Below are positions 61,648 to 64,000 of a stretch of DNA of 64,000 nt, piece by piece (within the stretch, counting starts at the first letter, position 1; each line of letters opens with the position of its first letter). This stretch comes from Candidatus Uhrbacteria bacterium RIFCSPHIGHO2_01_FULL_63_20. Its GTDB lineage: Bacteria > Patescibacteriota > Patescibacteriia > UBA9934 > GWF2-40-263. The notes beneath the pieces are model-generated. The model had not been told where the DNA came from. It ran no database searches and was given only the letters and a program-made list of their open reading frames with translations. Location of the stretch: positions 136,767 through 200,766 of the forward strand of contig MGDT01000004.1 in NCBI GenBank assembly GCA_001791045.1, in the 5' to 3' direction. Position numbers and translations under genes: made by a program.

Positions 61648-63876
61648 TTATGGGCGGCGCGGGCCGCGGGAAGGACCTCCGAACCCCGGACGAGCCGGCG
61701 GACGGGAACCCATGGCCGCCTCCGGAGGTTTCTCCGGATACATGTTGCCTGGCGCCTGCTTCATGGAAAGGTTGATGCGGCCGAGGTTGTCGATCTCCGT
61801 GACCTTCACATGCACCTCGTCGCCCGATTTCACGATATCACCGGGCTCATTCACGCGCCATGGGGCCATTTCGCTCACGTGCACCAGGCCCTCCTGCTTT
61901 GGGAGGAACTCCACGAACGCGCCGAAGTTCATGAGGCGGGTGACCTTGCCCTTGAAGATCTCGCCCACCTTGGCTTCGCGGGTGATGTTCTGCACCCATT
62001 CGTACGCCTTTTGCGCCGCTTCGGCGTTCGTCGAGGTGATCATCACCAAGCCGTCGTCCTCGATGTCGATGGAACCGACTCCCGTGGTGTCGATGATCTC
62101 GTTGATCACCTTGCCGCCCGGGCCGATCACGTCGCCGATCTTCTCGGGGTTGATGCGCAGGCTGATGATGCGCGGCGCGTACTTCGACAGGTCCGCGCGC
62201 GGTGCGGCGATCGCCTTAAGCATCGCGGTCAAGATGTGCTGGCGACCTTCTTTGGCCTGCGCGAACGTGGTCTCGATGATCTCGCGCGTGAGCCCGTCGG
62301 TCTTCGTGTCCATTTGCACGGCCGTGATCCCCATCGCGGACCCGGCGATCTTGAAGTCCATCCCGCCCGCGCCGTCTTCCAGGTCCTGCAGGTCGGTGAT
62401 CACCTTCCACTTTCCCTTCCCGTCGGTCGCAAGCCCCATGGCGAGCCCGGCCACCGGCGACTTGAGTGGCACGCCCGCGGCCATGAGCGCGAGCGTGGAG
62501 CCGCAGGTGGAAGCCATGGAACTTGATCCGTTAGAGCCGAACACCTCGGACACCGCGCGGATGGTGTACGGGAACGATTCCTTCTCCGGCATCATGCCGA
62601 CGAGCGCCTTTTCGGCGAGCGCGCCGTGGCCGACCTCGCGACGTCCCGGGCCGCGCATGGGTTTCACTTCGCCCACGGAATACGGGGGGAAGTTGTAATG
62701 GTGGAAGTAGCGTTTTTTCTCCACATGCTCCATGCCGTCGAGCTCCTGGGCGTCGCCCGGGCCGCCGAGCGTGATCGTGGAAAGCACCTGCGTGTCGCCG
62801 CGCTTGAAGTGCGCGCTTCCGTGCACGCGCGGGAGCACGTCCACCTCGCACACGAGCGTGCGCACGTCCTTGATGCCGCGACCATCCACGCGTTTGTCAT
62901 CATGCAGGATCGCGAGCGACACCGCTTCCTCCACCACCTCGCCGATGATGCCAGTCCCCATCTTCACCTCCTCGGGGAGGACGCCCTGCTCGAGCAGGAA
63001 CGCTTCGGTGCGCTTCTTCACCTCTTTCTTTTGCGCGGCGCGTTCCGCCTTGCTCGCGCGCGGCGCGCCAAAGAACAGGTCGCGTACCTGTCCGTAGATG
63101 AACGGGCGCGCGATCGTCTCGATCTCCTCGCGACGCTTTACCTTCGCCTTCTCCTCGTCGGATTTCGGCGCGAGCACGTCGCGCTTGTCCTTGCCGATCG
63201 CGGCGCGTACCTCCTCGATGAGCTTCACGGGCACGCCCAAGTGCTTCATCCCGAACCAGAACCCGCCTAGCACCACGTCCTCGGGCGCTTCGGTCGCGCT
63301 CGCCTCCACCATCAGCACCTTCTCGGCAGTCCCGGCGAACTGCAGGTCGAGCACGGACTTCTTGCGCGCCTCGTAGCTCGGGTTCAGCACCCACTCGCCG
63401 CCGATCGAGCCGACGCGCACGCAGGCGATCGGACCTTTCCATGGGATGTCGCTCATGGTGAGCGCGCAGGAGGCGCCGATGAGGCCCAGCACGTCGGGGT
63501 CGTTCTCGCCGTCGAAGGAGAGACAGGTGATCACCACCTGGATGTCGTTCCGGATCTTGCCGTTGAACAGCGGGCGGATGGCGCGGTCGATGGCGCGACC
63601 GACCAAGACGGCCTCATCCGTGGGGCGGCCTTCCTTCTTGATGAAGCGGCTCCCCTTGATGCGGCCGGCCGCGTACAACCGCTCCTCGTATTCCACCGAA
63701 AGCGGGAGGAAGTCGATCCCCTCGCGGATGCCGTCGCTCATGGTCGCGGTCGCGAGCACGATGGTGTCGCCCATGCGCACGGTGCACGAGCCGCCGGCTT
63801 GCGTGGCGTATTTTCCGGTCTCGATGGTCAGCTCTTTCCCTCCCCACTGCGTCGAAAAACTCTTGAGTCCTGCCAT
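61648..63876 (-). CDS. pnp: polyribonucleotide nucleotidyltransferase (PNPase)
   Basis: Two RNase PH domains, a KH domain (GPGGKVINEI) and an S1 domain (GEIFKGKVTRLMNFGAFVEF), plus a Gly/Pro/Arg-rich tail. Confidence 0.95.
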   Translation of the reverse strand: MAGLKSFSTQWGGKELTIETGKYATQAGGSCTVRMGDTIVLATATMSDGIREGIDFLPLSVEYEERLYAAGRIKGSRFIKKEGRPTDEAVLVGRAIDRAIRPLFNGKIRNDIQVVITCLSFDGENDPDVLGLIGASCALTMSDIPWKGPIACVRVGSIGGEWVLNPSYEARKKSVLDLQFAGTAEKVLMVEASATEAPEDVVLGGFWFGMKHLGVPVKLIEEVRAAIGKDKRDVLAPKSDEEKAKVKRREEIETIARPFIYGQVRDLFFGAPRASKAERAAQKKEVKKRTEAFLLEQGVLPEEVKMGTGIIGEVVEEAVSLAILHDDKRVDGRGIKDVRTLVCEVDVLPRVHGSAHFKRGDTQVLSTITLGGPGDAQELDGMEHVEKKRYFHHYNFPPYSVGEVKPMRGPGRREVGHGALAEKALVGMMPEKESFPYTIRAVSEVFGSNGSSSMASTCGSTLALMAAGVPLKSPVAGLAMGLATDGKGKWKVITDLQDLEDGAGGMDFKIAGSAMGITAVQMDTKTDGLTREIIETTFAQAKEGRQHILTAMLKAIAAPRADLSKYAPRIISLRINPEKIGDVIGPGGKVINEIIDTTGVGSIDIEDDGLVMITSTNAEAAQKAYEWVQNITREAKVGEIFKGKVTRLMNFGAFVEFLPKQEGLVHVSEMAPWRVNEPGDIVKSGDEVHVKVTEIDNLGRINLSMKQAPGNMYPEKPPEAAMGSRPPARPGFGGPSRGPRRP

Positions 63877-64000
63877 ATGTGGGTCATTCCCGCCGGAGCG
63901 GAAGATATCGAGGCCTCCCTCGATGTCTCTGCGTCCCGACGGGATTATTTAGTGATGTTAGAACGACAACCGGCGACGCCGACGCTCCTCTGGCGGCTCC

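Noticed and set aside
63877-64000. Expected rpsO (ribosomal protein S15) upstream of pnp
   Set aside because: The last ~120 nt show a possible minus-strand gene end near 63948, but none of the three frames matches the S15 C-terminus I remember. The sequence is too short and truncated to call.

Overview
GC-rich (~60% by eye), gene-dense bacterial chromosome segment. It holds the replication-initiation neighbourhood (rpmH-rnpA-yidD divergent from dnaA-dnaN), the 5' ~2.4 kb of a 23S rRNA with no 16S upstream, five tRNAs (Leu-TAG, Gly-GCC, Leu-TAA, Ser-CGA, Cys-GCA), and housekeeping genes: polX, ruvB, galU, PBP1A, nifS/nifU, tig, nfo, H+-PPase, rnhB, lspA, pnp. The accessory content suggests a CPR/Patescibacteria-like organism; this is inference only. 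It includes tandem small VirB2/TrbC-like 'pilin' genes, a lamin-tail-domain surface protein, an unlinked rRNA and many small orphan genes. Main observations: (1) A complete diversity-generating retroelement lies at 11.1-14.0 kb. TR and VR are 130 bp each and differ at 22 positions, all at TR adenines. The Avd-like gene is inverted, and a G10 tract separates the RT body from its only ATG. (2) An AT-rich island follows tRNA-Cys (34.6-39.2 kb). It carries two paralogous Cys4 mini-proteins, an overlapping gene pair (HTH protein plus a PEP-utilizer swivel-domain protein whose catalytic His position is Ala), and a BrnT/BrnA pair. (3) Five tandem pilin-like genes are translationally coupled to an orphan solute-binding lipoprotein. 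Two lipoproteins and an 829-aa orphan polytopic membrane protein follow. (4) A ~560-bp ORF-poor, hairpin-rich region ends in a trio of consensus DnaA boxes 14 kb from dnaA. (5) A tRNA-like element with an extended stem sits next to dnaN. (6) A small gene is split at a canonical A_AAA_AAC slippery heptamer. It is one of three sites in the window where exactly one extra base in a homopolymer would restore a frame. (7) A RAYT transposase is flanked by REP-like hairpins. (8) There are three paralogous coiled-coil mini-proteins. No CRISPR array was seen. All family names come from motif recognition by eye, because no searches could be run. Many long ORFs in the track are antisense GC-frame artefacts and were ignored.
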